Positions 9,765 to 20,300 of a stretch of 64,000 nucleotides of DNA are shown piece after piece; the stretch's first letter is position 1, and each line of letters begins with the position of its first letter. The stretch lies in IMG/VR virus record IMGVR_UViG_3300037465_000316. One strand, 5' to 3'. The notes under the pieces were generated by a model that worked only from the letters and a program-made list of their open reading frames with translations, searched no databases and was not told the origin of the DNA. A program made the translations under genes and the position numbers. This DNA is from a virus.

Positions 9765-12700
9765 TCATAGGATATACTGCTGCCTCGTTGAAGTCTGCAT
9801 TTCGGCCTGGTGCTTATCCAGGTCGAAACTAATAACTATATCATCTACCATGTAAGTTCCATTGACCTCCTGCTGAGTGATGATAATATTGGTTTGATCT
9901 TCTGGTTCGAGTCGCACATCGGGCGGGCTGGTAAATGTGGCCTGCACCATCTGCTCGGCTATCTCCTGAAGAATGAGCCTGGCCTCGCGGTAACAGGCTT
10001 CCACGGTCATCAAATTTGGATTGTTCACCTGGGTGTAACGCCTGCCCCTGGCCATCAGATTGGAGTTGGCGTAAGTAGCTCTCTGAGATGCTCCTAAAAC
10101 CTCGACTGCCGAATAGAATTGATCCGACTGTTCATATTGGTTCTGAAGCAGATTATTCTCGAAAGAGGGGCCAATATCGTGGTTCTTGAAGTAGCTGATC
10201 AGGAGCTTACCGTAGGGCCGCCACACCCCCTTGATGTGGCGATGGCCGATACCCGCCTTAATAGCCCCCATCATATCCTGGCCGGGATCCAGGGTTGCAT
10301 TCTCGAAAATTTCGTGCAGTTCTGGCAGACGGATATTGGTGAAGGTGGCGTTTTCATTGTTGGCATACAGGCCAAAATACTGGCCAAGCTCTTCATCGAG
10401 GTGGAAGTGGCCGACATAGTTACCCTCTACCCACATTGAGTAAAGGTCATTTCTTAGCGAAACTCTGACCCGATAAGGCGTATTAGGTTTAATCTGAAAG
10501 GGGCAGGGGGAGTAGTCTCGCACGTCGGCAACCTCGTTACCATCCTCATAACGCCGGAAGACTACATAGCAGTTCAGGGTCTTATCACCATTCTTATAAG
10601 TGGAGTTGGCTACAATCCCAAACAAAACGCAGTCGGCGAGCGGATCACCATTAGTAACGGCACGGACAAAGACGCCTGCCTCACCGCCATCGTCGCTAAT
10701 CTCCACGGTAAAATCGAGGCAGGGGTTCTCAACCGGATAGTTGATGCCGGTGTAAAGGGTGTTTGCATTGACCACGACTGGACCGGCCACATTTACGTCT
10801 GACCGAAACTCGGTTTCGGTCAGACCCTGCCATGCGTAATGAGTGGCCAGTTCTTCCAGATTCATATCACGCACACCGTCTGTGGCTTCGATATCCCAAA
10901 AGTCACAAACGTTGTCGGTCTGGTCAATATAGTTTCGGCCAGGCCAAAGAGTGTCCCACTGAATACCAGAGTGGCCTCGCGCAACCAGCCCCACCCGGCC
11001 TGCACCATTATGGCCGGAGTTATGGCTAAAGGCATGTCGCCAGAGAGTTCGCGGATTGTTCCCCTCCCAATACGGCCGGTAAAAGCAGTGGATGACCCCA
11101 CCTAGCACTTGCAGCTTCATTTCAGCTGCCTTACCGGGGGTCAGGCCGGTGGCGTCTGTATGGGCAATTGCCTGGTGAATCCAGCGGTTGTTGCTCTGCC
11201 AGTCTGGGTCGCCGTCATCAAAGTCAGACAGCATCAGGTAGAGTTTGTTACGCCCCACCGGAAACTCACCATAGTCCGGCCTGTCATGTACCAGCGTTCC
11301 CCAATATGCGCCGGCGCGATCTCCCAAGTGTGAACCTCGATTGCTGTCATCTTCACCGAGGCCAAAGTCAGAATTGGCTTCCCAACAAAAGATGTATTTT
11401 TTGCCAGCCACATCGTCGGAGTAATCTCCCTGTACAGCCCGGCAGATGAGGCCAACCATAGTACTCCCTTGAGGGACATAGTTCCAGCAATCGGGATCAG
11501 GACAATCAGCCCCCGGAGGCATACCACAGTCGTCACTAAACCACTTAATGTAGTCAATCAAGCCGTTGGTGCGATGAATCTGTGTTGAGACAGCACAGCC
11601 GCTGTTGGCCCTGAAACTGAAATTGCCATAATTGATGTCATCCCCAAACCGGACTGCCGCCTGAATTGCTGCGTCAATATGTGGCTCAAGTGTGACCCAG
11701 GCAATATCATTAAAAAACGTTCCCCGTTTGTAGTCCTTACGAGGATCAGCCACTTCACCCGGCCCACCGTACTGGCCAGGCTTGAGGTTCACTGACCCAC
11801 CGCCTGTCATGGCCCAGGGAAAAGCTTCCATCCGGTAGACCAGGATAGAAGCAAGGTGGTCATAGACGCCGGTGAAAAACTTCTCTGGCCAGTTGGCTTT
11901 CCTGAGCAGCCACCACCCCTTGTGATACGCAACATTTGCGGGATGCTGAACTGTCGCGCCGCTGACATCGAGAAGGGGGCCAAGTTCGCAGGGTGTCCCT
12001 TCGGGACCGATGGTGATGGTTTTCATGGGCAGAATATCCTCGATCGCTTCTGCCCTGGTATACATCAAGTGAAATTCCGCCCTCGCCGTTAGAGGGCCTT
12101 TATGATATCGCTGTGCCTGATTGATGGTTATTTGGGACAAGTCAATGATGCCCTGACCGATCTGAATTGTTTCCCCAGGGTAGCCATAAAATGCTCGAAC
12201 AAGCTGGCCCTCTCTCAGAAACGTCTCAAATCGGCCAGAGCCTTTAATAAGACCGGTCTTGATCGCCATTGACCAACGATTGCTGCGGCTTACCTGGTAG
12301 TTATTGGTCACAAGCTCCATATTGAGCTTGTAGGTGTCGGGAACATCACAAAGGAGGTTCGCGGGGTCAGATGCGAGAATAGCCGAGTGACCTACAGCAC
12401 AGAGTAATTTGACGCCGGCATGATTGATACTGAGTACCCTGGTCGCTGCCAGCTCGACCGGGTCACCAAGATATTGAAATTGGGTTATGTTTCGGCCATC
12501 AGCCGAAATCAGGGCGTAAACTGTTTCCAGATTGCGGTGGATGTTCTCAAAGCCTGAGACTTGCTCGAAGTCAGCAGGCTCTGCCAACCGTACCCAGGAT
12601 ATGATATGCCGGCCATCACTCTCTGGTGATGATGCTACAAACGTGTTGAGCCAAAGTTGATTCTGGTCGTCATAGTCAGCCTCATCGTTGTAGAATGACC

Positions 12701-13601
12701 GTTCCCAAAGGCCATTGTCTCGGTGGTAAAGAAATCCCGCTACACCCTGAGTATGAGTTTTGTATGCCAGGTGCATATAGAATCGCAGTCCTAGCACAAT
12801 CAGGACGGTGTCATCATCAACATTAATGACACCGATTCCCCCGGTTGGCCGGAAGCCCCACTGTTCGACAATGCCGGCGCTGCCAGAGTCATAATCCTGG
12901 TTATCTCTGACCAGGCCGGCGTCGGCGTGAGTGTGAAAGAGAAAACTATCCTCAATTTGCCAGCCGGCATTATAGAAAGCCCGGTAGACTTTGGAGCCAT
13001 AAACCGCCTTTTGCCAGGGAGCATAGTTGATCTCAACCAGGACACGCCTGACAAAGAATAGTTCATCAGGCCGGCAGGCAGCCAGGATGCAGCTCGTAAG
13101 GTAATTGTCGTCCGTGGTGAATGAAATAATGGTGGCGCTGGCAATTTGCAGGCCATTGTAGTCAAAATCATAATGCTTTATATCACCTGCAGCAGTAAAG
13201 GTGAACAGGCGAAAGAGGGTATTAGCCTCATCCCAGACAGCATCTAAAGCTCCGCCATGCTCTGATCCACTATTATTTGTCCAGTTAGGGCGCATGAAGC
13301 CGGTGATACCTGTGGCATTAAAGAGAGCCTCCCAGGTTGCAGGATTTTCAAGATTGCTCCCTTTGATGACGGCAATCTCCAATTCGCCAGTAGCTGTAAT
13401 TCTGGCCCTGAACAAAATATCGTTGCCAGCCCCATCGCCATCTGTGGCGACACAGGCGGCATGGCCGCAAGCAAAATCTGGTCCGGTATGGGCCTGAGCT
13501 TCGTCCCAATCTGGTAAGAACCGCTCGACTGTCAGACCGGCGCGAGGTTGGCGAACAAGGGAATCCATTTCGCCGGTGAGTCCGGGTGAAACCTGGATCA
13601 T
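9765..13601 (-). CDS. large tail tip/hub protein (1278 aa)
   Basis: Directly after the distal-tail-like gene; C-terminal hub-like segment (..PPDVRLEPED...YMVDDIVISFD); beta-rich insertions. Confidence 0.7.
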   Translation of the reverse strand: MIQVSPGLTGEMDSLVRQPRAGLTVERFLPDWDEAQAHTGPDFACGHAACVATDGDGAGNDILFRARITATGELEIAVIKGSNLENPATWEALFNATGITGFMRPNWTNNSGSEHGGALDAVWDEANTLFRLFTFTAAGDIKHYDFDYNGLQIASATIISFTTDDNYLTSCILAACRPDELFFVRRVLVEINYAPWQKAVYGSKVYRAFYNAGWQIEDSFLFHTHADAGLVRDNQDYDSGSAGIVEQWGFRPTGGIGVINVDDDTVLIVLGLRFYMHLAYKTHTQGVAGFLYHRDNGLWERSFYNDEADYDDQNQLWLNTFVASSPESDGRHIISWVRLAEPADFEQVSGFENIHRNLETVYALISADGRNITQFQYLGDPVELAATRVLSINHAGVKLLCAVGHSAILASDPANLLCDVPDTYKLNMELVTNNYQVSRSNRWSMAIKTGLIKGSGRFETFLREGQLVRAFYGYPGETIQIGQGIIDLSQITINQAQRYHKGPLTARAEFHLMYTRAEAIEDILPMKTITIGPEGTPCELGPLLDVSGATVQHPANVAYHKGWWLLRKANWPEKFFTGVYDHLASILVYRMEAFPWAMTGGGSVNLKPGQYGGPGEVADPRKDYKRGTFFNDIAWVTLEPHIDAAIQAAVRFGDDINYGNFSFRANSGCAVSTQIHRTNGLIDYIKWFSDDCGMPPGADCPDPDCWNYVPQGSTMVGLICRAVQGDYSDDVAGKKYIFCWEANSDFGLGEDDSNRGSHLGDRAGAYWGTLVHDRPDYGEFPVGRNKLYLMLSDFDDGDPDWQSNNRWIHQAIAHTDATGLTPGKAAEMKLQVLGGVIHCFYRPYWEGNNPRTLWRHAFSHNSGHNGAGRVGLVARGHSGIQWDTLWPGRNYIDQTDNVCDFWDIEATDGVRDMNLEELATHYAWQGLTETEFRSDVNVAGPVVVNANTLYTGINYPVENPCLDFTVEISDDGGEAGVFVRAVTNGDPLADCVLFGIVANSTYKNGDKTLNCYVVFRRYEDGNEVADVRDYSPCPFQIKPNTPYRVRVSLRNDLYSMWVEGNYVGHFHLDEELGQYFGLYANNENATFTNIRLPELHEIFENATLDPGQDMMGAIKAGIGHRHIKGVWRPYGKLLISYFKNHDIGPSFENNLLQNQYEQSDQFYSAVEVLGASQRATYANSNLMARGRRYTQVNNPNLMTVEACYREARLILQEIAEQMVQATFTSPPDVRLEPEDQTNIIITQQEVNGTYMVDDIVISFDLDKHQAEMQTSTRQQYIL

Positions 13602-14023
13602 TAGACCTCCTGGAAAATCTTTATAAGGGTCACATCAATGTAATCAACCCCATAGCAGTGGCCCTCGATGTTCGCCCCCGTCCGGGGGATTCTGACTATC
13701 GGCACACCCTCAATCCCTACTACGTGGGTTTGGGTGTCGTCATGCTCGGTGAAGTTGACGTAGGGTAAACGATAAGCCGTAAGCAAGTCCTCAAAAACCC
13801 CGAAGGAGCTATCCGGCCAGGGGGTAGTTTGAAAGACACGAAGGGTCATTCTCCAACTACGGGGGTAACGAGTTTCAACAGTAAAGTCCTGAATGATACT
13901 CAGGCCGGTCAGGCCGACATCATACGTTTTGGGATGCTCAAAGGCGGGTTGAAATGACCCCTCACCGGCGTCCCGAACTTTATATTTTTTGCCGTTTAAC
14001 ACAATGTAATCATGAAAGGCCAT
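13601..14023 (-). CDS. distal tail (Dit)-like protein
   Basis: 140-aa gene between the TMP and the large tail protein. Confidence 0.55.
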   Translation of the reverse strand: MAFHDYIVLNGKKYKVRDAGEGSFQPAFEHPKTYDVGLTGLSIIQDFTVETRYPRSWRMTLRVFQTTPWPDSSFGVFEDLLTAYRLPYVNFTEHDDTQTHVVGIEGVPIVRIPRTGANIEGHCYGVDYIDVTLIKIFQEV

Positions 14024-14032
14024 AGCGTCACC

Positions 14033-14064
14033 ATCCTATCAAAATCCGAGGACAAACTCAATAG
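14033..14064 (-). promoter_or_regulatory. late-class promoter for tail tip genes
   Basis: Minus strand CTATTGAGTTTG (-35 TTGAGT)-17 nt-TAGGAT. Confidence 0.7.
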
Positions 14065-14067
14065 AAA

Positions 14068-14097
14068 TTGACCTTTTCTAAAGAGTCGTGATAGTAT
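14068..14097 (+). promoter_or_regulatory. promoter of the counter-oriented membrane gene
   Basis: TTGACC-18 nt-TAGTAT with extended TGn. Confidence 0.6.
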
Positions 14098-14119
14098 GGA
14101 CTCAGGAGGATGTCATAAT

Positions 14120-14332
14120 ATGTTGATCATGGTCTTTGGAGGAATCATTCTTCTGATATTTTTAGGGTACGTTGTTAGTGAGGCCATTCAACAGATGAAC
14201 CGTGCGCCGAAGGTGGCAGTAAAGCCGTTTGGGAAGGATAGACCAGGAATGGTCATTATCTTGCTTTTGGCAATAATAGGCGCATTACTGTTCATACCCG
14301 TTGTAGGATTTATCTCCTGGTTACTGTCATAG
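14120..14332 (+). CDS. small two-TM membrane protein (moron-like)
   Basis: AGGAGG RBS; two hydrophobic segments; opposite strand inside the tail operon. Confidence 0.7.
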   Translation: MLIMVFGGIILLIFLGYVVSEAIQQMNRAPKVAVKPFGKDRPGMVIILLLAIIGALLFIPVVGFISWLLS

Positions 14333-17300
14333 TTATTTATAACCCTGGTCGAAATCCTCGACGTGAAGAAACCCATCGGCCTTAAGTGCCTCGGTGTCAA
14401 CTACGATCTTTGCTCCAGATTGAAGAGCGTTAGCAATTACACTAAGAAGATTCAACATCTTTTCTTCAGTTTGGCTACCGCCCTCCTTCAGCACCAGTGC
14501 GCCATGAGAGGGAACGACATACTCTTCCTGGCCATGTTCTGACAACATGGCAAACGTTGGTCGGCGAGTTGATCCACCCTCGGCCATCATGTGAGCGCCG
14601 AACTGATTAGGCCGGGAAGACGACGAAGGACGATCAGGCATATTCCTGGAGATAGAGCCTAAGTGCTCGGCCATCTTGGCCAGCTCTCTATTCCACTCTT
14701 TTGTGGTAGCCAGGCCAAGCTGCTGAGTGGCATTATAAAGCTGCTGCGCTTTTTGAAGCTCGCGCTGCCAACCGAGCATTTTCTCATCCTCGACCGCTCG
14801 GGCCTTGGCCAGTTGGAGAGAATCTTTTTGGCGTTGAAGATTGGCCAGGGCCATTTCAAGCTCAAGATTATGGCGGTCTTCGAGCAATGGGGTTTCACGC
14901 TCGTAGTTTTCTAGCCAGGCTTTATGACGGTCAGACATGAGTTGCATCTGTTCTTGAGCGAAAGCTCTCTGCTTTTCCCGGTCTTGTTCCTGAAGCTCCA
15001 TAATCTGTTGCTGATATTCAAATGACCCCTCCATCTGCTCACGCTGCAAGGGTCGAGCGATTCCCCATCGCTCGCGGTCGGTAGCCAAATCTTCTTTTTG
15101 CCACTCGTACTGCTGTTCGGCCCTGCCTTCCTCTCTACTCATCTGGCTGCGTTGGAGGTTAGCCATAATGGTGGCTCGCTCCATTTGCCTTTTGATGTCC
15201 AGGCGCTGCCGGCCAGTGGCGTAGCGCAAAGACCGCTCCATATCTTCCTGCTGCCAGCCTTGCTGCATCTCAAAGGTTTCACGCTTATAGCCAAAGTCCT
15301 CGACCTGCCAGGCGCGAGTAGTTTCCATGCGGGATTCTTGCTTGTCGAAGTCCTGCTCACGCCACTGAGTTTGAAGATCAAAGAGCTTGAGGTTAATTTC
15401 CCAATTGCGCTTGAAATTAGTTTCTTGAAGCCTGGCGTATTCGTCTTGTTTGTCCAGATTCCACTGCATCTGTTGCATGGTCAGGTCATGTTGGCGGTTC
15501 TGGAAGCCGAAGTCTTTTTCTCGCATATCCATGCGGAGGTCCCAGAACTGTTCTTCCAGGTCGAGACGTTGTTCGGCCCAATCAATCTCCTGTTGCTGGT
15601 AGGAGAATGACCTGCTTAAATCCTCGCCTCGGCGCCGATCCTCAATCTGCCTCGTTTCACGCTCGTAACGAGGTCGCCAGGGTTCGGCCTGGTCCATCAG
15701 GGCTAACTCTGGCGTGCCGGCTGCGTAAGCCTGCTGGGAGTAATCATAGGCGTTCCCCAGGGTAATTTGGCTTAGATAGCGCTGGGCTTGGTACTGGCCC
15801 TTGTCACGCATGATCTGGTCGTAGGTCTTGGTAATGCCGGTGACATTTCCAAATAGGCCGGTTGCCTGAACGCTGCCACTGACTGCCTGCATTGAGGACA
15901 TCAGGCTTTCAATTTCGGAGATGCTTCTGACCCCGGAGAACATTTCTAGAATCTGGTTGGTCATCGGGCTGCGAAAGCCCACCCCGGCAGCTTTGGGTGC
16001 TTGACCGATGTACTTAACAAGCTGCTCAGGCTCCATGCCAGCATCGAGAGCCATTTGAGCGATGTTGGTTATATTCCGACGCGCCGGGCCGGAAATGATG
16101 TCTTTAGCCCCTGCTCCAGTAACCTCGGCATATTCCCGGATGATCTCACCGGCCTGTTCAACTGTGACCCGGCCACCCAACTCCCTTTTGAAATCCTCAC
16201 GGATGTTGGTGATCTCTTTAGCAAGGTCAGCCTCTCTTGTACCTCGCCTGGCTTCTAAAACGTCTCTTGATTCCCGATAGCGTTTTTCCTCCGGGGACAG
16301 GGCTTCTTCTATAGGTGGTTGGCCTGACCATCTACGGGCTATCTCTTCATTAGTTCCCTGACCCCACCCAAGCCAGCCCAGGGCAGTGCCGACTGGATTT
16401 CTCATGCCCATGACTTTGGCATTGACCAGTGTATCCAGCCCAAACCCGGCAACATCTTTATACATCCCAAAGGTATCGGCAACCGATTGACCAGAATAGT
16501 CTACCTGGTTGAACTGGCGTGGGTCAATACCCATCATCCGCATTAAGGGAGAGGCTGCGCCCATTGTGGCAAAGTCCATTATACCTCTAAGGGGGACGTT
16601 GTTCATAAAGCCATTCTGCCTGGCCAGCTCATACACTCCAGTCGCTGCTGCGCCGCCAATAAAAGGCGCGGCCAACAAGCCTGCTCCGCCCAGGGCGCTA
16701 CCGCTACCCAAAAGGCCAAGACCTTGTTGAGCGAGGCCAAACATACCGAATTTATTGGCCAGGAAGCCGGCTGTGCCGAGGCCAACGCCATAAGTGCCAA
16801 GTTTCCCCAGGGTAGGCGCAAACTGTTCGCTCTCGGCCATTTTCTGACCGATCCAGTCTACCCAGGGTGAGACAGCTTCGTTTACTCCCTTGCCCACGCC
16901 AATGGTAAAATCTCCCATTGTGGCACGCTGCCGCTGGACAGCGGCAATATCTGGCCCAACTCCACCCATGCCGAGAGCAAATTCCATTCGGCCTCGACTC
17001 ATCTCCGACGACAGGAATCCTTCGCGGGCCCGGGCGAGCGGCTGGCCTAGCATATAGTAACCCTGCGCCAACGCTTGTGATTCGTAAAACAAGCGTTGGG
17101 GATTGAACTGCCTGCCAAACCATCCCTGCATACGGTCCATAATGGTTTGAGGTTGTCTGCCCATCGAACGAGGCGTTCCACCTGCTGACGTGGATAGAAG
17201 CGCCTGAAGCTGGTCTATCTCAGCTTCTCTAGCCCCTAAAGCCTGCTTTCTGCCAGTGATACGCCGGTTATACTCATCCATCTGTTCGCGCACAGGTAAC

Positions 17301-20300
17301 TGCTCAGAGGCTGCAGCAAGCCTGGCCAGGCCAACCTTGCCTTGCTTCTGAGTTTCCAATGTGTCATACCGAGTCTTGAGGTTAGCGTAAATCTTCTCAT
17401 CCTCAGAGATTCGCTCCTTGATGGTTGCTGTCTGGTTCTTGAGAGCTTCGACATGCTCTTGAACCTCTGGCTTGAGCAGGCTGATTTGGTCTTTTAGCTC
17501 GGCCATCCGGGTAACGAGGGGATCAAGTTCCTTATGAATATTTTTGGCTTCACCCATCCGGCCCTGAGCTAGAGCCTCATCATACTGTCTCTTTCGAGGT
17601 ACATACTGCTGGTATAATTCTCGCCGCTGCTGTGCCAGGCCAGCGATTTCTGTGGCGGTAGCCTGTGCATCTACATCAATACCACGACGATCACGCCGGC
17701 CAGCATCCAGAGCCACCTGTCGAGAGATGATATCCATCATCCCACGATCTAACCTGGACAGGGTGAACCGATGCTTCTCGGCCTGTATATCCTCACGCCT
17801 TGCGCCAACCGGCCGGGCGCCGATCTCGGCAGCCATCTGGTAGACGCTGCCCTCGGTAGCACCTACCTTATTCGTCAGTGGATCCCGGAGAGGTTGAAGC
17901 AACCTCTCTGTGGAGCTATAAACACGGCGAGCGATTTGAGCCTCGACCGAAGTAACATCCTGGGGCCGGCCCTCCCTGAACTTCTGTAAAGCAGACTTCT
18001 CTCTTTCCGTGATGGTTTCATCTGCTTCTCTTTGCTGTAGGTTGAACCTGATTTGGGTCTTTCTGGCACGTTCATTTTGCTCAACTACGCTATGATAAGT
18101 GGCCGTGGCTGATTTCAGAACGTCGGTAAATTCGCCCTGAGTATCCTTGAGAGTGCCACCAGACTCATACAGAGTCTTGATCTGGGCAGCGTAATTCTCC
18201 ATTTCGCGGGCCAATATAGCATACTGTTGCTCCAGCTTGGAGGTAAAAGGTTTGGTAAATGATTTAATCTCAGTCTGTTTGTAGACTGTACTCCCAGCTC
18301 GAACCCCACCGCCGTTCACTTCGCCGGTTTCGAGATCAACATACTCTCTGCCACTGGTTTGCAGCTTCCGGCTAAGAGCATCTAACCCGGCTTTCATGGC
18401 CTGCACCTGGGGACTATCGAACTGCTCCATATATTTGCCCCTGGCGCGAGCACCGGCTTCGGTTGGGTCGTCCTTCATCATCCCAAGACGTTCAGCACGG
18501 TAATATTCCTCATCAATAATGTCACCCTCAGCGAAGTAACGCCTGCTCCCTTTATCTCTACCTCTCCCCAGGGTAGAAGGGTCAAATTCGAGAGTGCCCC
18601 GGCCACTAGCTTGGACTTTGCTTTCGGGGACAATGAACTCCTTGCCAGCTTCGCCACCAACCATCTTGCGACCATCGGTGGTGCGACCAAACACTGTTGG
18701 ACGCTCCATAATGCCACCCTCGGCAAATGGCAAAACCTCCTCTTCTTTCTTGGTAGGCTTCTGATAGGGCTTATCAAATTCCTCGACCATCTTGCGCTCT
18801 TCATAAGTGTAAGCAGGTTTGGGAGTTAGGTTTAATTCCTGAAATCTTCGACCCCTGGCCAGCTTCTGACCTGACTGCCGGAGGGGTGAGCCTGACCGGG
18901 CCACAGCGCCCATAATGCCGGAGATGACATCAAACTCGTCTTGAGTTCCTTCCATGACGCCGAGGCGAGGCGCAATCTTTTCAAGAAGATCGGCAATAGA
19001 CTGCTGATTTCTTATATTCAATTGTTGAGCGGCTTGAATCTCTGCTTCAGTCAGGTCTGACCGCTGTTTCCGCATGTTCGCCAGAACCTGAAGCTGTTTG
19101 GGTGATAATGTCCTACCGGCTGCTTCCTGCTGCTGTAGCGAGGCTCTAAAGAGCGCCCAACTATTGTTTCCATGAGAGGCTTGTACTTCGAGGAACTTGG
19201 CCCGGTCCTCGGCTGAAAGCAGGTCTATATTTTGAGTCAGGGCTTCATGGTATGCCTTAATAGCCGGGTCTTTATTAGTCTTGGTAAAGTCCGGGCTTGC
19301 GGCCTTGCTCTTGAAGTCTCGAATATTTTTCAGGACATTGGCATGAGCAAAGCCTTTGAGGATGATCGGCATAGCTCCGGCCCATTCACTATTAGCATCT
19401 CCCATTCTGGCCAGGATGGACTCCAGATATTCCTGGCCCTGTTTGAATGGGTCTTGACCGGGCTGAATCTCCGTGCCACGAGCCTTTGCCGTGAAAGGAT
19501 CAAACGAACTCAAGAAGTTGACCAGGTCGGACATTGGCTCACCCTCTTGATAGGCTTTCTGGTCTATCAGAGGCTGGAAGTATTTAGCTGAGGCTTTACC
19601 AACGGCTCGCTTATCTGCGAAGTGGGGAAGGATACGGCGGAACAGATTATAAACTGTGCCAGTCTGGGCTTTTAGGGCCTGAGATTCAGCCTGCGAGAAT
19701 TGTTCTATAGTCTTTTGGTCGTAAGCTCCCTTGAAGTCTCTGAACTTACTCTCCATAGCCCCCTGGCCCAACTTCTCACGGTAGTCCTGGTACTCACCGG
19801 CAGGGTGGTTTTCAGCCAGTGTACGAATAAGCCCCGGAGTGGATGTTTTGAAGAGGTTAGAAGCGGTCAGATTGCCTCCAACCCGACTAACCATTGTAGA
19901 TGCAGCCAGGCGAGCCCGGTCCGAATCGTTGTCACCTCCCTGGGCCATCGCGAAAAGAGGATTGAAGTAGGGTGTCCTGGATGTGCCAAAGTCAACAGCG
20001 GACCCACGCTCCTTCATTATCCCTGGGGAGACGACATTAAGGACGATTCCATACTGTCGAGTGGGATCAGCGACCGGCGTCCGGCCACCTGTAACACGCA
20101 GCTCACCGGCATTGGCCAGGCGGTCTATCTCGGCCCGGCCCTCATCGGTTCGCCAGTCCACACTAGCTTTGTGGAGGCCAAAGATATCTGAGATGGCCTT
20201 GTAGGAAAAGCCCACCTCGTTGCTTCCCAACTCATCGAGCGAAAGATATACGCTCTCAACACCCCGCTTGGTACGTTGACTGAGCCAGGCTTTACGAGCG

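Noticed and set aside
9547-9768. 73-aa minus-strand ORF coupled to the large tail gene
   Set aside because: It overlaps the DUF5662 ORF by about 100 nt and has no motif; not supported enough to list.
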